Assembly (NCBI GenBank): GCA_963664875.1
Contig: OY761611.1
Location: forward strand, 1,696,001-1,760,000
Origin: Candidatus Kapaibacterium sp.
Lineage (GTDB): Bacteria; Bacteroidota; Ignavibacteria; Kapaibacteriales; UBA2268
Reading direction: 5' to 3'
Length of the DNA: 64,000 bases
Positions 9,338 to 18,464 of this stretch are shown piece after piece (within the stretch, counting starts at the first letter, position 1; each line of letters begins with the position of its first letter). The position numbers and the translations under genes are program-made. The notes under the pieces were generated by a model. The model searched no databases. It was not told the origin of the DNA and saw nothing but the letters and a program-made list of their open reading frames with translations.

Positions 9338-9545
9338 ATTCCCCTCTTGAGAGGTGCGTGAGCGAAGCGAAGGCGGGGTGGATAAGAACGTTGGTTCTAA
9401 ATACACTCTAAAAAATATAATTAGTTTAAAACTTATCTCTTTAGCACGTTTTCCTTACTTTGAAGTTACGCTCTTCGCTTTTTTCCACCCCGGCACTACG
9501 TGCCACCCTACTTCGACAGGCTCAGCACGGCGCTCAAGAGGGGAA
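9338..9545. repeat. REP-like family A, second inverted pair; the right unit carries a nested family B insertion
   Basis: 9338-9381 ATTCCCCTCTTGAGAGG...GGCGGGGTGG and 9485-9545 CCACCCCGGCACTACGTGCCACCC[TACTTCGACAGGCTCAGCACGGCG]CTCAAGAGGGGAA. Confidence 0.75.
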
Positions 9546-9632
9546 AATACATATTTGATTTTATGATAAAAAACATAGGTGAGCAAAAGTGTGATTTACA
9601 ATACCATATCTAAAAAACTTTAGAGGAATACC

Positions 9633-10982
9633 ATGCAAAGATTTAATTTTAAGAACAACGTTATGTTCAAAGTGGTAGTTATAGCTGCTCTTATTATCAT
9701 ACTCCAATTCCCGAATGCTCTTGTTCGATCGCTTATTCATGAAAGAGAACAGATTCATCAGGATGCAGTCTTGGAAGTCAGCGAAAAATGGGGAAACGGA
9801 CAGACTCTTACAGGGCCCTATCTTTCTGTGCCTTATGATATTTATATCAAAAACGAAAGGTACTCCACAGACTCTACTTCCAGCTATACTATTTCAAAAG
9901 GTTGGATTTATATCTTGCCGGAAGAGCTTAAAATCAATGGCAAACTTTCACCTGAGGAACGCTACCGTGGGCTGCATGATGTAGTGGTTTACGAATCGGA
10001 TATCACACTGCAGGGTAAGTTTAATAAAATGGATTTGAAGGATTTGGATATAGACTTTGATAAAATTCATTTCGAGAAAGCTCACCTTAATGTTGGTGTA
10101 TCTGATTTGAAAGGTATCGAAAAGCAAATTCAGCTTGATTGGAACGACACTACTAAGTTTTTCAATTCAGGTCTTAGTACTGTCGATATTGTGAATTCCG
10201 GAATAAGTGTGCCGGTGGATATTTCTCTTGAAGACTCCACAGAATATAATTTCTCGCTAAATATTGATCTGAAGGGCAGCCAGCACGTATTTTTCACTCC
10301 GCTTGGGAAGACAACAGATGTGCATCTTAGTTCAACTTGGCAGCATCCGAGCTTTTCCGGTGAGTATTTGCCGGACTCCAGAGAAATAAATGCTAATGGT
10401 TTCAAAGCTCATTGGAATATTCTGCATTTGAATAGAAACTATCCACAGATGTGGACAGGTGATAGCTTCAAAGTTGGTGGCAGCATCTTTGGTGCAGACT
10501 TATTGCTTGCAGTAGATAGATACAAAAAGTCGGACAGAGTCGCCAAATACTCTATACTCTTTATCTGTCTCACATTTCTTGTATTCTTTTTTGTGGAAAT
10601 ACTCAATAAAAAATATATACATCCTATACAGTACCTGCTCGTGGGTATTGCTCTGATACTATTTTATACATTGTTGCTTTCATTTAGTGAGCACATGCTC
10701 TTCAGTGTAGCGTATCTGCTTGCGTCTATTATGTCGCTGCTGCTAATCAGCTTATACACACTTGCTATATTAAAGTCGAAGCAGGTAAGCTTGCTGATGT
10801 TCGGCATATTAACTATACTTTATGGTTTCATCTATACTATAATCTCTATGCAGGACTACTCGCTCCTAATCGGCAGCATTGGTCTATTCCAAATACTCGC
10901 ATTAGTGATGTACTTCTCTCGCAAGATAGACTGGTACGAGATTAAGTTGGGTAAGACCGTAAAGGTTGAGGATGAGGTTTAG
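9633..10982 (+). CDS. creD: Inner membrane protein CreD
   Basis: WG..QTLTGPYL, LPEEL, W.HPSF.G.YLP, HPIQYLLVG.AL..FY.LLLS.SEH; C-terminal TM bundle. Confidence 0.95.
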   Translation: MQRFNFKNNVMFKVVVIAALIIILQFPNALVRSLIHEREQIHQDAVLEVSEKWGNGQTLTGPYLSVPYDIYIKNERYSTDSTSSYTISKGWIYILPEELKINGKLSPEERYRGLHDVVVYESDITLQGKFNKMDLKDLDIDFDKIHFEKAHLNVGVSDLKGIEKQIQLDWNDTTKFFNSGLSTVDIVNSGISVPVDISLEDSTEYNFSLNIDLKGSQHVFFTPLGKTTDVHLSSTWQHPSFSGEYLPDSREINANGFKAHWNILHLNRNYPQMWTGDSFKVGGSIFGADLLLAVDRYKKSDRVAKYSILFICLTFLVFFFVEILNKKYIHPIQYLLVGIALILFYTLLLSFSEHMLFSVAYLLASIMSLLLISLYTLAILKSKQVSLLMFGILTILYGFIYTIISMQDYSLLIGSIGLFQILALVMYFSRKIDWYEIKLGKTVKVEDEV

Positions 10983-11079
10983 GGTTAGTGATAATTAAAA
11001 GTTGCGTGTTTAACTAAGAAGATACATTATTCAAAAAAAGTCATTAGAAAACTCAATTATGTTGTAATCTTGTTTATTG

Positions 11080-11101
11080 ACAAGGGGTTAAAACCCCTTG
11101 T
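11080..11101. repeat. Perfect REP-like palindrome
   Basis: ACAAGGGGTT-AA-AACCCCTTGT. Confidence 0.65.
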
Positions 11102-11144
11102 TTAATTATTCAATAAGTTCTGATTATATTGCCGTAAGCTATAT

Positions 11145-11166
11145 TTCGACAAGCTCAGTAACCTTT
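11145..11166 (+). repeat. REP-like family B copy
   Basis: TTCGACAAGCTCAGTAACCTTT. Related to 9511-9525, 12627-12643 and 60349-60379 (inverted). Confidence 0.65.
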
Positions 11167-11343
11167 GGCGGTTGCACTTGGTGTAACTCTTTACAGGCTT
11201 GTGCTTTAGCTTGCGGTAATTTAGATAATACTTATGTTGAATGGCACTTCATTTTCTTAGGTTTTTAAAATTCTTGAAAAGCAAATCTTATATGCTTATA
11301 TTATATTAGAATTTCTGCTTGTAAAATAATCATCAAAAACATT

Positions 11344-11502
11344 ATGCAGTCCAAAATTAGATTCGAAGACGATTTACCTAAAAGCCATCAATATATTGAA
11401 ATAGAATTAGATTCTCTTATAGATGAAATCAATCCTGTTGATGTGTACTCCGAATTTGATTCCGGAGAAGATGTCGGTAGTGAAGTTTTGGAAGCTGATT
11501 AA
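11344..11502 (+). CDS. 52-aa acidic peptide resembling the C-terminal (toxin-binding) half of MazE-type antitoxins
   Basis: Below the ORF-track cutoff: MQSKIRFEDDLPKSHQYIEIELDSLIDEINPVDVYSEFDSGEDVGSEVLEAD. Upstream TTGAAA-17-TATATT (11274-11302); stop lies 2 nt before the next ATG. Confidence 0.55.
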   Translation: MQSKIRFEDDLPKSHQYIEIELDSLIDEINPVDVYSEFDSGEDVGSEVLEAD

Positions 11503-11504
11503 AT

Positions 11505-11930
11505 ATGCATACCATCAATCAGATACTATGTTGGGCAGGTCTCCATTTAGCATTTGCTAACCCGCTATATCTTTTGCTCAAACAGGGTAATATTCTTCTT
11601 AACAAAATTTTTGCATCCGAGACAAAAGACCGCAAACAGATAGTATATTTGCTGCTTTGCCTTTTCGGAATATTGGGCATGGAAACAATCGTTTTTACCA
11701 AAGCTTTGCCTCATTGGCTTATGATGCTGTTGGTTTTTCTGAATTTGCAGTTCCCGGGTTACTATTTCTGGGGTAAAACCAGAGACAAAGTTATGAGCTA
11801 CAAGTCCAAAGAATACGGAGACGCTTTTATTACATTCTTTATAAATATGCCAATTGCGTTGTTTTTTCTCGGCTTGGCTTTCGCAATCACTCTTTTCCTT
11901 ATTGATTTTACTTCAAAAGTGGATTATTAG
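11505..11930 (+). CDS. Hypothetical membrane protein (about 4 TM)
   Basis: 141 aa, four hydrophobic stretches. Confidence 0.7.
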   Translation: MHTINQILCWAGLHLAFANPLYLLLKQGNILLNKIFASETKDRKQIVYLLLCLFGILGMETIVFTKALPHWLMMLLVFLNLQFPGYYFWGKTRDKVMSYKSKEYGDAFITFFINMPIALFFLGLAFAITLFLIDFTSKVDY

Positions 11931-12075
11931 AAGAGATAATTTCTTGCTTTGGAGAATCTGGTATTGTTATTGGATTTTATTATGTGTGATATAATATTAA
12001 AAAATATTTGACTAATATTGACATATGTTTTATATTGCAACATACAATATATTTATAATTTTTTATGGCGTAGTT

Positions 12076-12591
12076 ATGAAGTTTTATACTTATATATTAT
12101 CAATGATAGTATTTTTATCCGCATGTGCATCCAACTATAGTAAAATATCTGAAGAGGAATGTGAAAAGAATACCAAAGTCACATACTTAGTATTAAATTT
12201 TAAAGACGATTCATTTGGTGCACAATCTCATTTTGAAAATGTACTTAGAAGTAAGTGCTATAATGTAATCAATCATTATTCTACAGAAGTGCCTAGGGAT
12301 ATTGACGATGCCTTAAAGATGGGAGAAAAGTATAATGCAGATTTTGTAATATTTGGAACTGTCTGGAAAAAATATTTTGATGGACAAGTCCAGTCTGTAT
12401 ATCTTCCTAACAACATCAATCCTAATGTTTTACCAAATTATGCTGCAGAAGGCTTTTGGATGGGGGCATGGCAAGCTGCTAAAGAACTAACTGGGTATTA
12501 TGTGTGTGGAAGATTATTTAAAATCGAAATAAAATCAAAAAAAATGGAGCAATTGTATTATGGTGATTCAATTTTTAAATTCAGTGACTAA
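12076..12591 (+). CDS. Hypothetical lipoprotein (CsgG/TolB-N-like alpha/beta fold suspected)
   Basis: Lipobox LSAC; ALKMGEKYNADFVIFGTV motif; start moved to ATG 12076; TTGACT-17-TATATT upstream (12008-12036). Confidence 0.7.
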   Translation: MKFYTYILSMIVFLSACASNYSKISEEECEKNTKVTYLVLNFKDDSFGAQSHFENVLRSKCYNVINHYSTEVPRDIDDALKMGEKYNADFVIFGTVWKKYFDGQVQSVYLPNNINPNVLPNYAAEGFWMGAWQAAKELTGYYVCGRLFKIEIKSKKMEQLYYGDSIFKFSD

Positions 12592-12660
12592 TATTTTATA
12601 GTAGTTGTATGACTTTTTTACTATAGCAAGTTCAGTAACCTTTAACTTCTCACTCTCAAC

Positions 12661-12741
12661 GCCCTTACAGGGCTCAGTGAGAAAAAATAACTCTGCCCCA
12701 TGGCGTTGCCATGGGCTATTATCTTTGAGGCTTTCAGCCTC
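12661..12741 (-). repeat. REP-like family C (three-hairpin element)
   Basis: Reverse complement GAGGCTGAAAGCCTCAAAGATAATAGCCCATGGCAACGCCATGGG...TGAGCCCTGTAAGGGC matches 60246-60325. Confidence 0.8.
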
Positions 12742-12786
12742 GAAAACTAATATGATTTAATGTTCGGTAACAGTAGTTTAGCTACA

Positions 12787-12821
12787 AATTCCTAATTTGT
12801 AATTTGAAATTCGTAATTCCA
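12787..12821. repeat. Short tandem heptamer repeat (5 x AATTYSW)
   Basis: AATTCCT AATTTGT AATTTGA AATTCGT AATTCCA. Confidence 0.6.
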
Positions 12822-12823
12822 AT

Positions 12824-12862
12824 AAAAATCCCCCACTCTCAAAATACTGAAAGTGGGGGTTT
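12824..12862. terminator. glyA terminator (bidirectional)
   Basis: AAAAATCCCCCACT...AGTGGGGGTTT stem with flanking A/T runs. Confidence 0.75.
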
Positions 12863-12892
12863 CATTTTTCAAAAATCTAAGTGGGATTATTC

Positions 12893-14188
12893 TTATGATT
12901 TTTGATGCAATGGGAATTTTGCTGTAAATTCTTTTACTTCGTTTCTTACTGCTTCGTAAACTTCTTCGTTATCGATGTTAGAAAGTACTTTGTCGATCAT
13001 GCCGGCAATTGCTTTCATGTCGTCTTCTTTGCATCCGCGAGAAGTCATTGCAGCAGTACCTAATCTGATACCTGAAGTTACTAATGGAGAGCGTTTTTCG
13101 CCCGGTACAGTGTTTTTGTTACAAGTGATTCCCGCTTCATCCAAAGCGTTTTCAGCTTGTTTACCTGTGATGTCTTTATTAGTAAGGTCAATAAGCATCA
13201 AGTGGTTATCAGTACCGTCAGAAACTAATTTATAACCTTTAGCCATCATTTCATTAGCCAAAGCTTGTGCGTTAGCCATTACCTGATCAATGTATCTATC
13301 GAATGAGTCAGTCAAACATTCGCCGAAAGCAACAGCTTTAGCAGCGATAACGTGCATTAATGGACCGCCCTGTACGCCAGGCATAACAGTAGAATCCAAA
13401 AGTTCGCTCATCATTTTAGTTCTGCCTGATTTAGGCGCAACGATTCCAAATGGATTTTCGAAATCTTTACCCATCATGATAAGACCACCGCGAGGGCCAC
13501 GCAAAGTTTTGTGAGTAGTAGAAGCTACTACGTGGCAATGAGGAACCGGATTGTTCAATTTGCCTTTTGCAATAAGACCAGCCGGGTGAGCGATATCTGC
13601 AAACAAGAAAGCACCGATAGAATCAGCGATTTCACGGAAGCGTTTGAAGTCGATATCTCTTGGGTAAGCAGAAGCACCAACAGTGATAAGTTTTGGTTTG
13701 TGCTCTTTAGCTAATTTTTCAACATTATCATAATCGATTTTGCCTGTTTCTGGGTCAAGAGTATAAGGGATAAAGTTATACAATTTACCGGAGAAGTTCA
13801 CAGGAGAACCGTGAGTCAAGTGACCGCCGTGAGAAAGGTCTAAGCCCATCACAGTGTCGCCTGGTTTGATAAAAGTCATGTAAACAGCCATGTTTGCCTG
13901 AGAGCCACTGTGCGGCTGAACGTTAGCATACTCAGCACCAAAAAGTTTTTTCAGTCTGTCGCGAGCTATATCTTCCGCAACGTCCACCCATTCGCAGCCG
14001 CCATAGTAGCGCTTGCCCGGGTAACCTTCGGCGTATTTGTTAGTAAGAACTGAACCTTGCACTTCCATTACTTCAGGAGAAGTAAAGTTTTCGCTGGCGA
14101 TAAGCTCGATTTTTTCATGCTGTCTATTATATTCTTTCGTGATAGCATCAAAAACTTCAGGATCTGCTTTTTTAATCAAATCGTACAT
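12893..14188 (-). CDS. glyA: Serine hydroxymethyltransferase
   Basis: [42 protein letters not shown] (PLP lysine). Confidence 0.99.
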   Translation of the reverse strand: MYDLIKKADPEVFDAITKEYNRQHEKIELIASENFTSPEVMEVQGSVLTNKYAEGYPGKRYYGGCEWVDVAEDIARDRLKKLFGAEYANVQPHSGSQANMAVYMTFIKPGDTVMGLDLSHGGHLTHGSPVNFSGKLYNFIPYTLDPETGKIDYDNVEKLAKEHKPKLITVGASAYPRDIDFKRFREIADSIGAFLFADIAHPAGLIAKGKLNNPVPHCHVVASTTHKTLRGPRGGLIMMGKDFENPFGIVAPKSGRTKMMSELLDSTVMPGVQGGPLMHVIAAKAVAFGECLTDSFDRYIDQVMANAQALANEMMAKGYKLVSDGTDNHLMLIDLTNKDITGKQAENALDEAGITCNKNTVPGEKRSPLVTSGIRLGTAAMTSRGCKEDDMKAIAGMIDKVLSNIDNEEVYEAVRNEVKEFTAKFPLHQKS

Positions 14189-14636
14189 TTCCGATATCCT
14201 TGATTTTATATTTAAAATGGGTATTATTCAGGATTACATAAAGCATTGTAAAATTATCCAAAATAAAGGATAATATCAAATGATTTTGGTTTCAGCTATT
14301 GGGAATAAAAGGATTAGCAAATATCAATTTAGGAGGAAGCGGCAGGATTCAGATAAATTCTAAGAACCGGGGCAAATCTATAGGCGACTTGCCCGGCTCA
14401 TTTGGAATATTTAAATCTACTCAAATTGCATATTATAATAGGAAAGTTCTCCGGTTTCAATCCGGATAATATAAACTGCACAATCAGAGCTTGGCTTTGA
14501 AGTAAAAGACATCACACCCATACTGTTTTTAGGTTAATATTTAGCTAAGGCTAATTTATTTATCAAAATACGTAAATCATTATCAATTATAATCGTTGTA
14601 TAGATTTTAAGAACACAAATTCAATAGGATAAGCTG

Positions 14637-15608
14637 ATGAAAGCAGTTATTGCCAACGCATACGGAGATCCGAATGTACTGCAAGTCAAGGAAATTGCAA
14701 CTCCAAAACCCAATGAAAACGAAATACTTGTCAAAATCCATGCGACTTCTGTAACAGCCGCCCACTGTGCGATGCGGACAGGCAAGCCACTATTTGGTAG
14801 ATTATTCATAGGGCTAACAAGACCAAAAATCGCTATACCCGGTACTGACCTATCCGGCACAGTTATCGAAGTAGGCAGTCAGGTTTCCAAATTCAAAGTA
14901 GGCGATGAGATAATAGCAGCCACAGATGTAAAAGGCGGCTCGTATGCGGAATATATTTGCCTCGAAGAAAGAGACGTAATTGCCACAAAGCCCGGGAATA
15001 TAAGCCATGCAGAGGCGAGCGGAATAATAGACGGAGGGCAGACGGCACTGTCTTTCCTAAGAGATTCTGCTAAGCTACAAGCCGGACAAAAGATTTTAAT
15101 CAACGGCGCTTCAGGTAGCATAGGTACAGCAGCAATTCAATTAGCTAAGCTCGAAGGTGCAGAAGTAACTGCAGTTTGTAGCACTAAAAATATAGATTTG
15201 GTGATGACACTTGGAAGCGATAACGCTATAGACTATACGACTGAAGATATAACAAAGCAAACCGAAAAATATGATGTGATTTTTGACACAGTCGGCAAAT
15301 TAGATTTCAATCAGATAAAACATATTCTTACCCCTGACGGCAAGTACCTTTCTCCTGTCCTTGGTCTTGGTATGCTGAAAGATATGCTGATAAGCAGCTT
15401 TGCAGGCAAGCAAAAAGCAATCTTTTCTGCAACGGGTCTAAGAAAAGATCCTGAGAAACAGAAGGATTTGACTTATATTTCCGAGCTGATGCAGCAGGGC
15501 AAATTGAAAACATTTATCGACAGAAAGTATTCCTTAGAGGAAGTGGCAGATGCACACAAATATGTGGAAACAGGGCATAAAAGAGGAAACATTGTTATAG
15601 AGATGTAG
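14637..15608 (+). CDS. NAD(P)-dependent oxidoreductase, MDR superfamily (zinc-free, quinone-reductase-like)
   Basis: GroES-like N-terminus; ILINGASGSIG; C-terminal GHKRGNIVI. Confidence 0.9.
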   Translation: MKAVIANAYGDPNVLQVKEIATPKPNENEILVKIHATSVTAAHCAMRTGKPLFGRLFIGLTRPKIAIPGTDLSGTVIEVGSQVSKFKVGDEIIAATDVKGGSYAEYICLEERDVIATKPGNISHAEASGIIDGGQTALSFLRDSAKLQAGQKILINGASGSIGTAAIQLAKLEGAEVTAVCSTKNIDLVMTLGSDNAIDYTTEDITKQTEKYDVIFDTVGKLDFNQIKHILTPDGKYLSPVLGLGMLKDMLISSFAGKQKAIFSATGLRKDPEKQKDLTYISELMQQGKLKTFIDRKYSLEEVADAHKYVETGHKRGNIVIEM

Positions 15609-15696
15609 CCGATAAAAAAAGATAATATTCTTATTGGCTTGTAATTTGCTAAATCATTATCTTTGTATAGTTTTATCCAATACTACAAACGAAGCC

Positions 15697-16818
15697 ATGA
15701 GAATAGCTTATCTATCTACGTTTTATCCTTTCAGAGGCGGTATCGCTCAGTTTAATGCATTGCTCTATAAAGAGCTTGCTTCTAAGCACGACACAGTACC
15801 ATATACGTTTTTGCGACAGTATCCGGATTTTTTATTCCCGGGGCAAACTCAGTATGTGCAAGAGGGAGACACTGCCGAGAGGATTGAATCAAAAAAAGTA
15901 TTGGACACTGCCAACCCTTTGAGTTACGTAAGAGCTGCCAAAAAGATAGCTCCTTTCAAACCGGATATACTTTTGACAAAATTTTGGATGCCGTACTTTG
16001 CTCCTTCATTGGGCAAGGTAGCCAAACAGCTTTCCAAATCCGGCACTAAGGCTATCAGCATCCTTGACAATGTAATTCCTCACGAAACACGTCCCGGGGA
16101 CATAAGCCTGATTAAATATTTTCTGAATGCAAATGACGCATTTATTGTGATGAGCGATGCAGTGAAGCAGGATTTATTAAAATTGAAACCAAATGCTGTG
16201 TTTGCTGACCATCCGCATCCATTGTATGACCATTTCGGAATGAAAATGCAAAAAATCAATGCACGCAAGGCTATGAACATTCCTGAGAAAAGTAAAGTGC
16301 TTCTGTTTTTTGGTTTCATTCGCGATTACAAAGGGCTCGATTTGCTACTGCAAGCAATGAAACAGCTACCGGAAGACTACTTCTTGCTAATAGCAGGCGA
16401 AGTTTACGGAAGTTTTGATAAGTATGAAGAAATGATAGACAGGATGGATATTCGCTCAAAGGTCGGACTAAATGTCAGGTACATAGGCGATGATGAAGTC
16501 AGCAGATTTTTCTCAGTAGCCGACGTTTGCGTCCTGCCTTACAAGTCAGCTACCCAAAGCGGAATTGTAGGAATAAGCTATCACTTCGACTTGCCTGTTT
16601 TAGCCACAGATGTAGGCGGTCTCAAAGAGATGATAGAGCCTTTCGGCACCGGAGCTATGATAAAAAGACCACATTCTAACGACATAGCTGCTGCGGTAAA
16701 AGCGTTTTTTGAAACCGGCACTTCTGCTGACAGTATCGCCAATATTCAGAATTATAAAAAGAATTATAACTGGAAAACACTCGCAAACTCAATTGAAAAT
16801 TTGTACGATAGTTTATAA
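15697..16818 (+). CDS. Glycosyltransferase family 4 (GT-B)
   Basis: PFRGGIAQF, FFGFIRDYKGLD, VLPYKSATQSG, TDVGGL; start at ATG 15697 after TATCTTTG (15658-15665). Confidence 0.92.
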   Translation: MRIAYLSTFYPFRGGIAQFNALLYKELASKHDTVPYTFLRQYPDFLFPGQTQYVQEGDTAERIESKKVLDTANPLSYVRAAKKIAPFKPDILLTKFWMPYFAPSLGKVAKQLSKSGTKAISILDNVIPHETRPGDISLIKYFLNANDAFIVMSDAVKQDLLKLKPNAVFADHPHPLYDHFGMKMQKINARKAMNIPEKSKVLLFFGFIRDYKGLDLLLQAMKQLPEDYFLLIAGEVYGSFDKYEEMIDRMDIRSKVGLNVRYIGDDEVSRFFSVADVCVLPYKSATQSGIVGISYHFDLPVLATDVGGLKEMIEPFGTGAMIKRPHSNDIAAAVKAFFETGTSADSIANIQNYKKNYNWKTLANSIENLYDSL

Positions 16819-16824
16819 AATAAG

Positions 16825-17598
16825 ATGAAAAAAAACAGACCTGATTATAAAACGTGGCTACCTCTGAAAAACTATACTTCTGTGGTTGCTCTATTTGTAA
16901 TTGTATTACCTTTATTGTTGGAATCTGATTCGACAATCGCCAAAATAGCCATATCATCAATCGTTATAATGTTCTTGTTCTATTTGCCTTACGTAATAGC
17001 ACATTTCACGCTTAGTAAAAATAGTTTTGCAATACAACACCACTTAGCGGAAGCACTAATAAGCAAAGTCCCTGATACTACTATTGAGGGCAATGCTCTT
17101 GACATTGGCACAGGTAACGGCATAGCAGCTATAAAATTAGCAAAATCCAATCCGAAAATTAAAGTTTTTGGTATTGATATATGGTCAGGCAAGTGGGACT
17201 ATTCTAAAAAGCAATGTATAATCAACGCAAACCTCGAAGGAGTATCAGAAAGAACAGCATTTACCGAGGGCAGCGGCTTCGATTTGCCTGTTAAAAATAC
17301 CTCTATGAATTTGATAATAAGCAATTATGCTATCCACACAATGAAAGAACACGACAAAAAGGTAGTGTTTCAGGAAATAATCAGAGTTTTGGAGCTAAAT
17401 GGCTACCTTGTAGTACAGGATTTTTTTAGAAAGAAATACTTTGGAGATATTGAGAACCTAATTGATTATCTGGCACAATATGGCCTGCATCTCATTAGTC
17501 GTACTAACACGGAAGAGCTTGTCAAAGTGCCTAAGCTACTGAAATATCTTGACATAGCCGGCAATAGTGAAATTTGGGTAATGCAGAAGCATTTATAA
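16825..17598 (+). CDS. Class I SAM-dependent methyltransferase with two N-terminal TM helices
   Basis: LDIGTGNG motif I, GIDIW, EIIRVL..GG-like segment. Confidence 0.88.
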   Translation: MKKNRPDYKTWLPLKNYTSVVALFVIVLPLLLESDSTIAKIAISSIVIMFLFYLPYVIAHFTLSKNSFAIQHHLAEALISKVPDTTIEGNALDIGTGNGIAAIKLAKSNPKIKVFGIDIWSGKWDYSKKQCIINANLEGVSERTAFTEGSGFDLPVKNTSMNLIISNYAIHTMKEHDKKVVFQEIIRVLELNGYLVVQDFFRKKYFGDIENLIDYLAQYGLHLISRTNTEELVKVPKLLKYLDIAGNSEIWVMQKHL

Positions 17599-17685
17599 GA
17601 GAGTAAGATTTATTGCTATAAATTGCGTAGTATTTTGGATTGGTTTAGTTATGATATAGAGCACAGAGCTCTATCCTTTTTAGAA

Positions 17686-17718
17686 ATAGTGCCCCGCTTA
17701 CCATATTCAGGGCACTAT
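17686..17718. terminator. Hairpin between the convergent methyltransferase and dut genes
   Basis: ATAGTGCCC...GGGCACTAT stem. Confidence 0.5.
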
Positions 17719-17733
17719 ACTTACTTCTAAACA

Positions 17734-18183
17734 CTATACACCGGTACTGCCAAATCCACCTGCTCCACGTTCGGTATCGTCGAGGGAGTCGCACATTTTC
17801 CATTCTGCCTGCTCATAGCGAGCTATCACTAATTGTGCAATCCTATCGCCTCTTTTAATGGTAAACGCTTCTTTGCTGAAGTTAGATAGAATAATCCCAA
17901 TTTCGCCGCGGTAGTCGCTGTCTATTGTTCCGGGAGCATTCAATGCAAACACCCCATTTTTTAAAGCAAGCCCACTTCTTGATCTAACCTGGCATTCGTA
18001 ACCTTCAGGCAAAGCAATTGCAAGATTTGTAGGAACTAATGTTGTCTGTCCGGGTTGTAAAATGACATTTTCATCGATAGCTGCATATATATCCATACCT
18101 GCAGATCCGGTAGTTTTATATGCAGGCAATGGCAAATCACCAAATTTATCATTCAGGCGTGTAATTTTTACTTCTAAACTCAT
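17734..18183 (-). CDS. dut: dUTP diphosphatase
   Basis: [37 protein letters not shown]. Confidence 0.98.
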   Translation of the reverse strand: MSLEVKITRLNDKFGDLPLPAYKTTGSAGMDIYAAIDENVILQPGQTTLVPTNLAIALPEGYECQVRSRSGLALKNGVFALNAPGTIDSDYRGEIGIILSNFSKEAFTIKRGDRIAQLVIARYEQAEWKMCDSLDDTERGAGGFGSTGV

Positions 18184-18464
18184 AGCTACAATTCCTCGAA
18201 TTATATTGAAAATTTTAATTTTGATTACTGTATATTTTAGATTGTCTATATACTCAACTGTTGCTTAAGTTCAAAACAGTAATTCAGATTTCTTTGAAAC
18301 GCCGGTTTAGAAAATTAGCTCTAAAGTCAGAACTAATAATGCTATCTCTTATGAAAACATGTGGAAACTTTCCTCCCGCTCCTTATATCTATCAATCTAT
18401 TTTAATAACATTTCCCTCCTTTTTTCGTAATATTGTAGGTATTCATAATAGAATAGGTGCTTAG

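Noticed and set aside
9076-9566. Short ORFs 9076-9267 and 9354-9566
   Set aside because: They span degenerate hairpins and REPs; no coding signature.
12787-12821. Periodic repeat as a possible CRISPR remnant
   Set aside because: Contiguous heptamers without spacers; no cas genes anywhere in the window.
14340-14470. Possible ZTP or glycine riboswitch upstream of glyA
   Set aside because: Only a CCGGGGCAA/TTGCCCGG hairpin; I could not find the conserved aptamer motifs on the minus strand. An Infernal search would settle it.
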